From Chloroflexota bacterium (lineage in GTDB: Bacteria > Chloroflexota > Dehalococcoidia > UBA2247 > RBG-13-53-26), in contig PUNJ01000037.1 in the NCBI GenBank assembly GCA_003551705.1, positions 2,605 through 66,604 on the forward strand: a stretch of 64,000 nt of DNA, written 5' to 3'. Numbering within the stretch: the first letter of the stretch is position 1; each line of letters opens with the position of its first letter. Made by a program: the position numbers and the translations under genes. A model generated the notes under the pieces. It saw only the letters and a program-made list of their open reading frames with translations, made no database searches and was not told the origin of the DNA. This document shows, piece by piece, positions 29,464 to 38,951 of the stretch.

Positions 29464-32199
29464 ATGTACAGGCGAGTAAACGTGAAACAAACCTTGGATA
29501 GTATTCAGGATTACCGGACCACTGTTATTCTAAGAGATGGATCGACTGTTCAAATACGCAGTCTCCAGCCGGATGATGAGGCGAAGCTGCATGCCCTCTT
29601 TTACCGGCTCAGCCCTCAGACCATCTACTTCCGGTTCCGCCGCTACATCGAGCACATGACAAGGGAAGAAATCAGATCTTTTGCCAACGTCGACCATTAC
29701 AACGACTTCGCCCTTGTAGCCACCATTGTTGAGGAACAGGAAGAGCGCGTCGTCGGTGTCGGGCGCGGTCACCGGTTGCCGGTGGGTAACGCTGCAACCG
29801 TCACGCTGCTGGTTGAGGATGCTCATCAGGGCAGGGGAATAGGTACTCACCTGCTTGAGCAACTGGCCTACCTTTCCATGAAGATGGGAATCCACCGGTT
29901 CGAAGCGGAGATACTGGCTGATAACGAGCAGGTCCTGAAGATGCTGAAATCGAGCGGCTTTCACATGGAACAGGAACTGGAATCCGGTATCTACCGGATA
30001 GTCATGCCTATTGGGGAGACTGCAGGTGTGGAGGAGCGGTCTGCCGAGCGCGAGAAGATCGCCACTATTGCCTCCCTCCGGGCCTTCTTGCGGCCCCGGT
30101 CAATAGCGGTCATCGGTGCCTCCAACAGGCAGGGCACTATTGGCAACAAGCTGTTTCGAAATATTTTGCAGCAAGGTTTCGGAGGCATAGTGTACCCGGT
30201 AAATCCCAGGACGGACGTGGTTGCTTCTGTGAGGACCTCCCCCTCCGTGCTGGACGTGCCTGGCGACGTTGACATGGCCGTGATCATTGTCCCTGCTCCG
30301 CTGGTCCATGACGTGGTCCAGCAATGCGGCCGGAAGGGCGTGCGGGCCCTTGTAGTCATTTCCGCAGGCTTTGCTGAGATTGGTGCTGAAGGCAAGGAAA
30401 GACAGGACATGGTCTTGGATACAGCTCGCAGCTATGGGATGAGAATAGTGGGCCCAAACTGTATGGGCATTATCAACACCGAACCCGATGTCAGTCTGAA
30501 TGCGACTTTTTCTTCCGTATTTCCCCCCTCAGGGAGCCTGGCCTTTGCCAGCCAGAGCGGCGCTCTGGGACTGGCCATTCTCGAGTATGCTCGGACCCTC
30601 AACATCGGCCTGTCCGCTTTCATAAGCATAGGCAACAGGGCTGACGTGTCCAGCAACGATTTGCTGCAGTACTGGGAAGAAGACCCGGCTACGAAGGTGA
30701 TCCTGCTTTACCTGGAATCCTTCGGCAATCCTCGCAAATTCGGCCGTGTGGCCCGGCAGGTATCTCAATCCAAACCCATTGTAGCGGTGAAGAGCGGGCG
30801 GACGACCGCAGGTTCACGGGCTGCTGCCTCACACACTGGGGCGCTGGTGACCGGTGAGGCCGCTTCGGAAGCCCTGTTCAAGCAGGCGGGTGTGGTGCGT
30901 GTGAATACGCTTGAGGAGCTTTTCGATGTAAGCAACCTGCTTCAGAACCAGCCACTACCCCCGGGCAGGAGGGTGGCCATTCTGACCAACGGTGGCGGAC
31001 CGGGCATCATGACCGCGGACGTCTGCGCCGCCAGGGGTCTGGAGGTGCCGCCGTTATCGGACGAGACTGTGGCAGCCATGCGCGAATTCCTTCCTGAGCA
31101 GGCCAGCACGGCGAACCCGGTGGATATGACGGCCGAAGCGACGGCCGAGCAATACCGGCGCTCGCTGGAAGTCCTGGCCGCCGACGATCATGTAGACATC
31201 GCCATCGTCATATTCATACCACCCATAGTCATTCAACCCGAAGCAGTGGCCGGAGCCATAAGAGAAGTGGCGCCGTTGTTCAGAGAGAGGGGTAAACCAC
31301 TGGTCGCCTCCTTCATGAGTTCCAAGGGAGCACCAGCCGACCTGGGTTCGGAAAGAGATGGTTATGTACCCAGCTATACCTTTCCGGAGTCCACCGCCGA
31401 TGCCCTCGCCGGCGCCTGTGAGTATAGTGAATGGCTCAGACGACCCAAGGGCACGATCCCTGAACTTCCGGATATCGACCGGGAGGCCGGTCGGGCCTTG
31501 ATAGACAAGGCCCTGGAGGGTGCCGAGGAAAGGCCGGTGTGGATGGACAGTCTGGATGCCGGGACCTTGTTGGCCTGCTACGGTCTGCGACTGGCACCAG
31601 CCAGGACGGCCGCCACCGCCTCCGAAGCATCCCGGGCGGCCAGTGAGATAGGTTTTCCCGTAGCTGTGAAACTGCTGTCGGAGTCCATTACCCACAAGAC
31701 CGATTACGGCGGCGTTGTGCTTGATCTGAGATCTACCAGGGAGGTCGAGGAGGCTTTTAACGGGATAAGGGCAAATCTGGCCGCCTTGGGGCTCGCAGCA
31801 GAGATGCAGGGCGTATCCGTACAAAAGATGGTGGCTACTGGGGTCGAGGTGATAGTCGGTATAACCCAGGACCCTTCTTTCGGGCCGCTGGTCCTTTTCG
31901 GAACAGGCGGCATATACACGGAACTGTTCAAAGATGTTACGTTCCAGATACACCCGCTGACTGATATAGCAGCCAAAGACATGGTCCGATCTGTGAAGTC
32001 GTGTCAACTGCTGGAAGGCTGGCGCGGTTCCAAGAGGTCTGATATCGAAGCTCTTGAAGACCTGTTGTTGAGAATATCCGCGCTGGTGGAGGATGTCCCA
32101 GAGATATTGGAACTTGACCTAAATCCCGTCAAGGTACTGGAAGCTGGAAAGGGATGCATGGTTGTGGACGTGCGCATCCGGCTATCCAGGTTGTCTTGA
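29464..32199 (+). CDS. GNAT-acyl-CoA synthetase (NDP-forming) fusion; type II Pat-like protein lysine acetyltransferase
   Basis: N-terminal GNAT (HQGRGIG), CoA-binding AVIGAS, GPNCMG, SQSG, SHTG, ATP-grasp HKTD..ELDLNP. Confidence 0.88.
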   Translation: MYRRVNVKQTLDSIQDYRTTVILRDGSTVQIRSLQPDDEAKLHALFYRLSPQTIYFRFRRYIEHMTREEIRSFANVDHYNDFALVATIVEEQEERVVGVGRGHRLPVGNAATVTLLVEDAHQGRGIGTHLLEQLAYLSMKMGIHRFEAEILADNEQVLKMLKSSGFHMEQELESGIYRIVMPIGETAGVEERSAEREKIATIASLRAFLRPRSIAVIGASNRQGTIGNKLFRNILQQGFGGIVYPVNPRTDVVASVRTSPSVLDVPGDVDMAVIIVPAPLVHDVVQQCGRKGVRALVVISAGFAEIGAEGKERQDMVLDTARSYGMRIVGPNCMGIINTEPDVSLNATFSSVFPPSGSLAFASQSGALGLAILEYARTLNIGLSAFISIGNRADVSSNDLLQYWEEDPATKVILLYLESFGNPRKFGRVARQVSQSKPIVAVKSGRTTAGSRAAASHTGALVTGEAASEALFKQAGVVRVNTLEELFDVSNLLQNQPLPPGRRVAILTNGGGPGIMTADVCAARGLEVPPLSDETVAAMREFLPEQASTANPVDMTAEATAEQYRRSLEVLAADDHVDIAIVIFIPPIVIQPEAVAGAIREVAPLFRERGKPLVASFMSSKGAPADLGSERDGYVPSYTFPESTADALAGACEYSEWLRRPKGTIPELPDIDREAGRALIDKALEGAEERPVWMDSLDAGTLLACYGLRLAPARTAATASEASRAASEIGFPVAVKLLSESITHKTDYGGVVLDLRSTREVEEAFNGIRANLAALGLAAEMQGVSVQKMVATGVEVIVGITQDPSFGPLVLFGTGGIYTELFKDVTFQIHPLTDIAAKDMVRSVKSCQLLEGWRGSKRSDIEALEDLLLRISALVEDVPEILELDLNPVKVLEAGKGCMVVDVRIRLSRLS

Positions 32200-32221
32200 G
32201 CACTGTGCCGAAACAAAGCAT

Positions 32222-32803
32222 ATGCCTTCCATAGTCGAGCAGACATTCACACAATGGACCGAAGGAAAGGGACCCCTGCAGGCCAGGATTCATGTTTACG
32301 AAGAGGTCAGGAACATACCGTACGCGGTCGTCCCTGGATTGAATAGCGCTGAGCATTACACCGGAATACTGGAGCATGGCAAAGGCTCCTGTATGCCCAA
32401 GCACCTGCTGCTCGGCCATATGTACGAAAGACTGGCCTTGATGGTTCTCTACGCGGTCTACCCTTTCAGATGGAGCGATGCTGGAGTGGACTATCCGCCA
32501 TCCATTCGGCTTTTGGCGGAGGAATTGCCCACGAGCTATCACCTTGCCTGCCGGGTCGATATCGCTGGTCGACTTGTCTTGGTCGATGCCACGTTGGATC
32601 CGGCGCTGGAGAAACTGGGTCTGCCGGTGAACAGGACGTGGGATGGTGAAAGCGACACCATCTTACCGGTGCAGCCGTGCGGGGAGGAGCAGCTATTTCA
32701 CACTTCAGAAGCTCGTCTTGCTGAAGTACCCAAGACGGATGAAAAATCGATGAAGTTCTACAATGAGCTTAATCGCTGGCTTGATCAAATCAGGCGACCT
32801 TGA
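32222..32803 (+). CDS. Transglutaminase-like protein
   Basis: Cys-His-Asp triad: GKGSCMPK, YHLA, VDAT. Confidence 0.7.
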   Translation: MPSIVEQTFTQWTEGKGPLQARIHVYEEVRNIPYAVVPGLNSAEHYTGILEHGKGSCMPKHLLLGHMYERLALMVLYAVYPFRWSDAGVDYPPSIRLLAEELPTSYHLACRVDIAGRLVLVDATLDPALEKLGLPVNRTWDGESDTILPVQPCGEEQLFHTSEARLAEVPKTDEKSMKFYNELNRWLDQIRRP

Positions 32804-32880
32804 GCGTGGTCGTGTTTGTGTGCGATTGACGTAACGTTTCTGGATAGCCGCGACATCGACAGGTTGAAAGGTAGAAAGCC

Positions 32881-33135
32881 TTGGCGAAGATAGTGCTGGA
32901 CTTGCACGAGATCTATAATAGAGGGTATGCAATCGATACCGAGCTCAATCGGGTAATAGCTGAAGCGGTCGAGAAGCGCATTCGTCTAGTTGAGATTATA
33001 CCGGGCAAGGGTTCAGGCCAGCTAAAGAAACGGGTGCTGCGATTCCTCACGCAGCCGGAGATAAGGAACCAGTACCACAGGATCGAGAAGGACGACAAGA
33101 ACTTCGGGCGCATCTTTGTACATTTCCGGCACTAG
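32881..33135 (+). CDS. Stand-alone Smr domain protein
   Basis: LDLH, IIPGKGSGQLK, NFG. Confidence 0.85.
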   Translation: MAKIVLDLHEIYNRGYAIDTELNRVIAEAVEKRIRLVEIIPGKGSGQLKKRVLRFLTQPEIRNQYHRIEKDDKNFGRIFVHFRH

Positions 33136-33181
33136 CCTGCCGGCACCCCGATATCGTGCAGGGAGCCTGTCTGGGGCTAGA

Positions 33182-33802
33182 ATGGCAAGCGTGACCATGT
33201 ACAGGAATTATGGCTCTGAACCTCAACATCTACGGCCCGCCGGGTTTCTGGTGGAGAACACCGGTCTTCTGCCGCGTGGCCGTGCTCTTGACGTTGCCAT
33301 GGGCAGGGGGAGAAACGCCATTTATCTGGCCCATATCGGTTTTGATGTGGAGGGCGTAGACTGCTCGGCGGAGGCGGTGCAAGAGGCCCTGGCCCGCGCT
33401 GGACAGGAAGGTGTGTCCATCAAGGCCTGGGTGGATGACCTGGAGAAAATACCTTACTTTGATGAGGAGACGTACGACCTTGTCATCTGTTTCAACTACC
33501 TCCAGAGATCCCTGATTCCCCAGATGAAGAACTGGGTAAGAACCGGGGGCATGGTAGTGTATGAAACCTACATCGTCGATCAGGCCCAGTTTGGCAGGCC
33601 GCGTAACCCAGACCACCTGCTCAGACACAATGAACTGCTGCACATGTTTTGTGACTTTCGCGTGCTGCGTTATCACGAAGGGGTCATCGACGGAAAGAGG
33701 GCTGTTGCGGGCATCGCAGCACAGAAGGTCCGGCTGCAGGCATCTCCAACCCCGCCTTGGGTTGATTGCCAGGTCCAGAACGGCGGTGGTCTCGAGATGT
33801 GA
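33182..33802 (+). CDS. SAM methyltransferase (TehB-like)
   Basis: ALDVAMGRGRNAIYLA, YDLVICFNYLQR; start uncertain (33182/33191/33197). Confidence 0.85.
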   Translation: MASVTMYRNYGSEPQHLRPAGFLVENTGLLPRGRALDVAMGRGRNAIYLAHIGFDVEGVDCSAEAVQEALARAGQEGVSIKAWVDDLEKIPYFDEETYDLVICFNYLQRSLIPQMKNWVRTGGMVVYETYIVDQAQFGRPRNPDHLLRHNELLHMFCDFRVLRYHEGVIDGKRAVAGIAAQKVRLQASPTPPWVDCQVQNGGGLEM

Positions 33803-33999
33803 GACAGGCCCCTCCCTGGTATTTTGAGCAGGTTCATGCATGTCTCAAATGGTGTTACAATGGGGCGGGCGGCCTGTGCAGCCAGGATGGAGAAAGATTT
33901 AAGGAACTGACCTTGGGCACCGGCCAGTGTAGCAGCCAGCCGTCGGGATGGTATCCGAGTGGAGCAAATGTGAAAGGAACAACCCAAAGGAGGTAACAA

Positions 34000-34848
34000 A
34001 TGTGGGATTGGTTCATGGAAACCGGTATTCGGGTGGTCGCCATCATTGCGGTGGCCGTCATTCTCTATATTCTTCTTGGGTTCCTGATACCCAATCTTGT
34101 CAAGCGAGTGGTGTCGCGGCGAATGGTTGGCGAACTGGAGGCCGAGATCAAGAAGAGAACGGAGACCCTGGCGGCCATCCTGGTCACCATGGCAGGGATC
34201 GTTCTATTTATTGTGGCTGTCTTGACCATTCTTCCGGAATTCGGCGTCAACATAACAACGCTGATAGCTGCCATCGGCGTCGGCGGTCTGGCCATCGCCT
34301 TTGCAGCACAGAATCTGGTCAGGGACTTCATCACCGGTTTCTTCATCCTGTTTGAGGACCAGTACAGGGTGGGCGACGTTGTAACCATTGCGGATACTAC
34401 CGGGACCGTGGAGGAGATCGGCCTGAGGCGTACGATTCTCAGGGACATAGATGCCAGAGTGCATTCCGTGCCCAATGGGAAGGTGGAAATCGCCACCAAC
34501 CTGACCAGAAAATTCGGACGGGTTAACTTGGACGTATCGGTTGCCCATGGAGAGAACCTGGACAGGGTGATTCCCGTGATCAATCGCGTCTGCCAGGAGA
34601 TGGCCGAGGATCCACTGTGGAAGGATGACTTCATATCTGTCCCTGCAGTCTTAAGAGTAGACAACCTGGGTGATTCTGGTATAGACATCAAGGTCCTCGG
34701 GGACACCAAACCGGTGCGCCAGTGGGCGGTAATGGGAGAACTGCGCTTGCGAATCAAACGGACCTTTGACAGCGAGGGCATAGAGATTCCCTGGCCGCAT
34801 ACCAAGGTGTTCTTCGGTAACCCGGTTTCCGTGTCGAGCATGAACTAG
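34000..34848 (+). CDS. mscS: Small-conductance mechanosensitive channel
   Basis: GLAIAFAAQNLVRDF, YRVGD, GTVEEIGLR, VPNG, GIEIPWP. Confidence 0.92.
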   Translation: MWDWFMETGIRVVAIIAVAVILYILLGFLIPNLVKRVVSRRMVGELEAEIKKRTETLAAILVTMAGIVLFIVAVLTILPEFGVNITTLIAAIGVGGLAIAFAAQNLVRDFITGFFILFEDQYRVGDVVTIADTTGTVEEIGLRRTILRDIDARVHSVPNGKVEIATNLTRKFGRVNLDVSVAHGENLDRVIPVINRVCQEMAEDPLWKDDFISVPAVLRVDNLGDSGIDIKVLGDTKPVRQWAVMGELRLRIKRTFDSEGIEIPWPHTKVFFGNPVSVSSMN

Positions 34849-34903
34849 GGTCGGGCAGCCGTAGCCTGGTGGGATCGGGCACTCCGTATCGCACCACCGA
34901 ATA

Positions 34904-35284
34904 CTAATGCCCATCATCGTCGACGGGTTCCGGAGTGCCCCTTTCCAGCTTCCTCTGAGCGCGCCTGCGCTTTGCCTTCAATCGCTTAATCTTTGCAGCC
35001 GGTGGCGGCTCCGTCTCAATGCGCGGCCTTTCAGGACGTGCCATTTCTTGAAGCTTCTCCCTCAACCTCTGAAAGGCTATTTCCCGGTTGAGGGCCTGAG
35101 AACGCCTTTCCGAAGCCACAACGGTGATGCCAGTGGGTACATGAGTGATACGTACTGCTGTATCCTTTTTGTCCCGCCTCTGCCCGCCTGGCCCGGAGGC
35201 GCGATATGTCTCGACGATAACCTCTTTGTCCAGCGCATTCGTTCCTGCCTGCGACTCGCCCTGATCAGGATGATCGTCACTCAT
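34904..35284 (-). CDS. RF-1 GGQ domain protein (ArfB/YaeJ-like peptidyl-tRNA hydrolase)
   Basis: RASGPGGQ..TAVRITH.PTGI..RSQ.LN plus basic tail KRLKAKRRRAQRK. Confidence 0.85.
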   Translation of the reverse strand: MSDDHPDQGESQAGTNALDKEVIVETYRASGPGGQRRDKKDTAVRITHVPTGITVVASERRSQALNREIAFQRLREKLQEMARPERPRIETEPPPAAKIKRLKAKRRRAQRKLERGTPEPVDDDGH

Positions 35285-35299
35285 TCCCGTGTCTTGCTC

Positions 35300-36250
35300 C
35301 TAATGCCTGCGCTTCCTGCTCGGTTTCCTGGGCTGAGGAGGGTACCCAAGCTCGCAATAGAGTGCATGCGGCTCGCAGCCGGCGCACTCAAGCTGCACGG
35401 TCATATGACAGATATTGTAGCGCTTCATCAGATTATCCTGAAGGTCCATTAATACCTGACTATGTTGGCTAAGCAAGGCATCGTCCACCAGCAGGTGGCA
35501 GCTTAACGCGTGCAGTTGCGGGGTCAGGCTCCATACGTGCAGATCATGCACATTTTGCGCCCGGCTCAAGTTCAGAATCGTTTTTACAAGCTCGTCAAGG
35601 TCAAGGTGCTTGGGGGTGGCTTCGAGCATGACATCTATGGCCTCCCTGGCTATGTGCCAGGCAGCAGCCAGGATTATCACCACGATGATCAGGCTGATAA
35701 CGGGGTCCAGCCAGAAGGCGTCTGTGAAGAATATGATAAGGCCTCCGGTTATAACACCGACTGAGGCCAGGGCATCACCGGCAGCGTGAAAGAAGGCGCT
35801 TCTTATGTTGAGGCTGTGCCTGGCCTGGGCCCGCAACCAGAAGATGACTACCATGTTGGCCAGAAGACCAGCCGATGCTGTAGCGAACATGATCAGGCTG
35901 TCTACTTCCCTGGGATCACGCAGCCGGTGATAGGCTTCATACAGGATCACGATCGCAATCAGGGCAATAAGCGCGGCATTTATGAGGGCGACCATGATGC
36001 CGATGCGATGGTAGCCATAGGTCATCCGGGCATCGGCGGGACGGCTGGCCTGTCTGATACCGTACCAACTCAGGGACAGTGCCAGCACATCTGTGAAGGC
36101 ATGCCCGGCATCGCTCAGAAGTGCCAAGCTGTTGGCTATCAGGCCGGCGATCAGCTCGGCCACCATGATACCGGCGCTGATGATGATGGCCAGCACCAGG
36201 CGGCGCGGCGATATGCGCCCTACATGACTGTGACCGTGCGGCTTATGCAT
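35300..36250 (-). CDS. Cation diffusion facilitator (CzcD/ZitB-like)
   Basis: His-rich N-terminus, SLALLSDAGHAFTD, TYGYHR, FHAAGD, VHDLHVW. Confidence 0.92.
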   Translation of the reverse strand: MHKPHGHSHVGRISPRRLVLAIIISAGIMVAELIAGLIANSLALLSDAGHAFTDVLALSLSWYGIRQASRPADARMTYGYHRIGIMVALINAALIALIAIVILYEAYHRLRDPREVDSLIMFATASAGLLANMVVIFWLRAQARHSLNIRSAFFHAAGDALASVGVITGGLIIFFTDAFWLDPVISLIIVVIILAAAWHIAREAIDVMLEATPKHLDLDELVKTILNLSRAQNVHDLHVWSLTPQLHALSCHLLVDDALLSQHSQVLMDLQDNLMKRYNICHMTVQLECAGCEPHALYCELGYPPQPRKPSRKRRH

Positions 36251-36429
36251 TGTTTTAAAAAGGTTTTGAATCAGGACCAAATATCCTAAACAATTATATA
36301 ACCGCCGAAATCGTGACGAGGTGCGCCGAGTTCCTCTCCGCCGGGTTGTGTTAACTCGTATCCAACGAATATAATCTTGGTAATGGTGCGCATCCGCCCC
36401 GCGCTTTTTCCGTCTCACCAAGGAGTGAA

Positions 36430-36987
36430 ATGCTTTCAAATGTGGACATCTGGCGACGGCTCAAGGAAGGAAGCATTGTGATCAAGCCCCTGCCGCGCAG
36501 GTCGAGCTTCGGCGGGGCATCCGTCGATCTGACCCTGGACAGTAACATAGCATTCTTCAACCCGTCGAAATGCGCCTATATAGACTATCGGCTGGTCAAA
36601 GAGGACCTCAACTACTTATCCAGCGTAACGGATCCTGTGCGGCTGTCTCCCGATGTCCCTCTGATACTGCATCCTGGAAGGGTTGTCATCTGCTCCACTA
36701 TTGAGTGGGTGGAGATACCCTCCGACCTTTGTGGGGAGCTGCAGGGAAGAAGCAGCCTGGCACGGGTGGGTGTATTGCCTCACACAGCAGGCAAGATAGA
36801 CCCCGGATGGAAGGGGAAGCTCATATTGGAAGTCAGCAATGTTGGAGAGATGCCAGTATCGGTTTATCCTGGTGAGGCGATATGCCAGATCATGTTCCAC
36901 GAACTGAGCACGCCGGCGGACCTGTCCTACGCCGGAGCCCGGTCAAGATATCAAGGCCAGATGGGCCCGGGGGTGGGGCAACAGTAG
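36430..36987 (+). CDS. dcd: dCTP deaminase
   Basis: ASVDLTL, GRSSLARVG, AGKIDPGWKG, LEVSN, YQGQ. Confidence 0.92.
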   Translation: MLSNVDIWRRLKEGSIVIKPLPRRSSFGGASVDLTLDSNIAFFNPSKCAYIDYRLVKEDLNYLSSVTDPVRLSPDVPLILHPGRVVICSTIEWVEIPSDLCGELQGRSSLARVGVLPHTAGKIDPGWKGKLILEVSNVGEMPVSVYPGEAICQIMFHELSTPADLSYAGARSRYQGQMGPGVGQQ

Positions 36988-37017
36988 TGATTCGACCATT
37001 TTGGCTTAGGCAGAGGC

Positions 37018-37476
37018 ATGGGTGAGTTGAGAGTTAAGCTGGTTCGCCCAGAAGCAAAACCGCCCGCCAGGATGACACCGGGGAGCGCCGGGCTGGACCT
37101 CTATTCGGCAGAGGACGTAGAAGTACCGCCCTGTCGCAGCCAGCCCGATGGCTGCGTAGATGTGGGCAGAGCTCTGGTACCGACCGGTATTGCCATCGAG
37201 GTGCCCGCCGGCACCGTAGGCCGCATTGGTTCTCGCTCAGGGCTATCGACAAAAATGAACATTGAGGTAGGCGCCGGCTGGATAGATTCTGATTACCGCG
37301 GAGAGGTGATGGTGGAGATCAAGAACCTCAGTTCAAAACCCTTTTCAGTTAAGCCGGGCGAGCGCATAGCCCAGCTTGTCATTATTCCTGTTGTGGACGT
37401 CGAAGTCAGGGTATTCTCCAGACTCGAGGATACCTCTCGCAGAGACGGCGGTTTTGGTTCCACCGGGATGCAATAG
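37018..37476 (+). CDS. dut: Trimeric dUTPase
   Basis: AGLDL, RSG, GWIDSDYRGE, RIAQL, RRDGGFGSTG. Confidence 0.95.
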   Translation: MGELRVKLVRPEAKPPARMTPGSAGLDLYSAEDVEVPPCRSQPDGCVDVGRALVPTGIAIEVPAGTVGRIGSRSGLSTKMNIEVGAGWIDSDYRGEVMVEIKNLSSKPFSVKPGERIAQLVIIPVVDVEVRVFSRLEDTSRRDGGFGSTGMQ

Positions 37477-37509
37477 TGTCAAATACGAATCGATAGAAGG
37501 TCTGCAATC

Positions 37510-38157
37510 ATGAAAATGACGATGCTTGACGCCAGGGATATTCAAGAGGCATGGTTCCGAGCACTGCGAGCCGTGATGGAAGACGGTTACGAGTACATTA
37601 TCGACCGCGGGAGCTTCGAGGGGCAGAAACGCAAGGAGCTTGACCTGGCGGTTATACAGATACACCAGCCCTATATCAGACCGCTGGTACCGGATACGCC
37701 CCGGGGCATAGCCCCGCCCACCACCATCGAGTATGTAGAGGCGTATCTGCCCTACCTGATGACCTCTCATAAGGAAGAGCACGAGGAATACACATATGGC
37801 GAGGACCTGGAGTCCCAGATACCCGAGGTTATCAGGATGTACAAGGAGGAGGGCGCCAATACAAACCAGGCCTACATGGCTGTTGGCAGCCGCGATTCCA
37901 TATTTCTGGAGGATCCCCCTTGCCTGAGAGGGATTCATACCAGGGTGCGCTATGGCAGATTGCATTTCGTGGTTTACTTCCGCTCATGGGACCTGTGGGG
38001 CGGCTTCCCCTCAAATCTGGCGGCCATACAGCTCTTGAAGGAGTACATGGCGGAGGAGATTGGGGTTGAGGACGGCGAATTGCTGTGCCTCAGCAGCGGC
38101 CTCCACCTTTATGAGCACACGTGGGAATGGGCCAAATCGGTCGTCCGTATGGACTAG
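37510..38157 (+). CDS. thyA: Short, archaeal/methanogen-type thymidylate synthase
   Basis: YTYG, DPPCL (catalytic Cys), FRSWD..GFPSN (Asn, dUMP-type), GLHLYE; only 215 aa. Confidence 0.8.
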   Translation: MKMTMLDARDIQEAWFRALRAVMEDGYEYIIDRGSFEGQKRKELDLAVIQIHQPYIRPLVPDTPRGIAPPTTIEYVEAYLPYLMTSHKEEHEEYTYGEDLESQIPEVIRMYKEEGANTNQAYMAVGSRDSIFLEDPPCLRGIHTRVRYGRLHFVVYFRSWDLWGGFPSNLAAIQLLKEYMAEEIGVEDGELLCLSSGLHLYEHTWEWAKSVVRMD

Positions 38158-38622
38158 CCCGGAGAGACCGCCCTCCGGCGGTCCATCCGGTGTATGCTAA
38201 AAGATGCTGCTCCGGAGGGCGGAACCACCCCACTCGGTGCCGCTTGGCGACATGTCTGCTGGAATGACAGTGCAAGCCACGCCGAAGTTTCTTGCGCCAT
38301 TCCGGTTCATGGTTCTGTGACAACGCCTCCTACTACGTACTCCAGCGAAACCTGTCTTTCTCCAAGATGGAGGGCCGGAGGGTAGTCTCCTGGGCAAGCA
38401 TATCTGGTGTTGGCCCTCGCTGTCACGGCATGCTGGGGGCACTTTCGGGAAGAGCGTTGTCCATCCATGCTGCGTTGACATGCAACCCAGCCCCCAAGTC
38501 TGCGCGGGTAACATTATTCACAGATCGCAGGAATAACGCCAAAATGAGCGTGCTGCCGGGCCGGACCGGCGTCTGGTTGGCAGCGTTACGTCGTATAATC
38601 AAAAGGGGAGGAGGTGGATGTT

Positions 38623-38874
38623 ATGGCAGGGATAAACGGTGAAGAGCTTGGTCCGGGTGACTACTTCGGTGACCTGTTATATTTGAATTTTGTCCCGGCT
38701 CCTGTTCATAGCCAGGAGCCGGTTGAGTGCCTGTACTGCCAGGCAAGGTTGTACGGGCCCACAGTGAGCCTTCAGTTGGAGAATACACGTTTCGGCCTGC
38801 ATTTGGACTGTGCCGAAGTCTTCGCAACTCATATCATTACAGCGGCACGCCAGGGCCGGGAACTCACATCGTGA
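38623..38874 (+). CDS. Small putative zinc-binding protein (CxxC...HxxC)
   Basis: CLYC and HLDC; strong GGAGGAGG SD and TATAAT at 38594. Confidence 0.6.
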   Translation: MAGINGEELGPGDYFGDLLYLNFVPAPVHSQEPVECLYCQARLYGPTVSLQLENTRFGLHLDCAEVFATHIITAARQGRELTS

Positions 38875-38951
38875 ATGGCCTAGTAAGACATAGATATGGG
38901 ACTGCAGGCGGTCCCCGTTCCAAATGGAGACCTCGAACGATGGTGTATCCT

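Noticed and set aside
35300-36439. Long N-terminal extensions in the ORF track (czcD, ppsA, Asp23-2, 51521, 47443-48537, 4322-5026)
   Set aside because: They overlap promoters or neighbouring genes, and downstream starts fit SD/-10 positions and family N-termini better.
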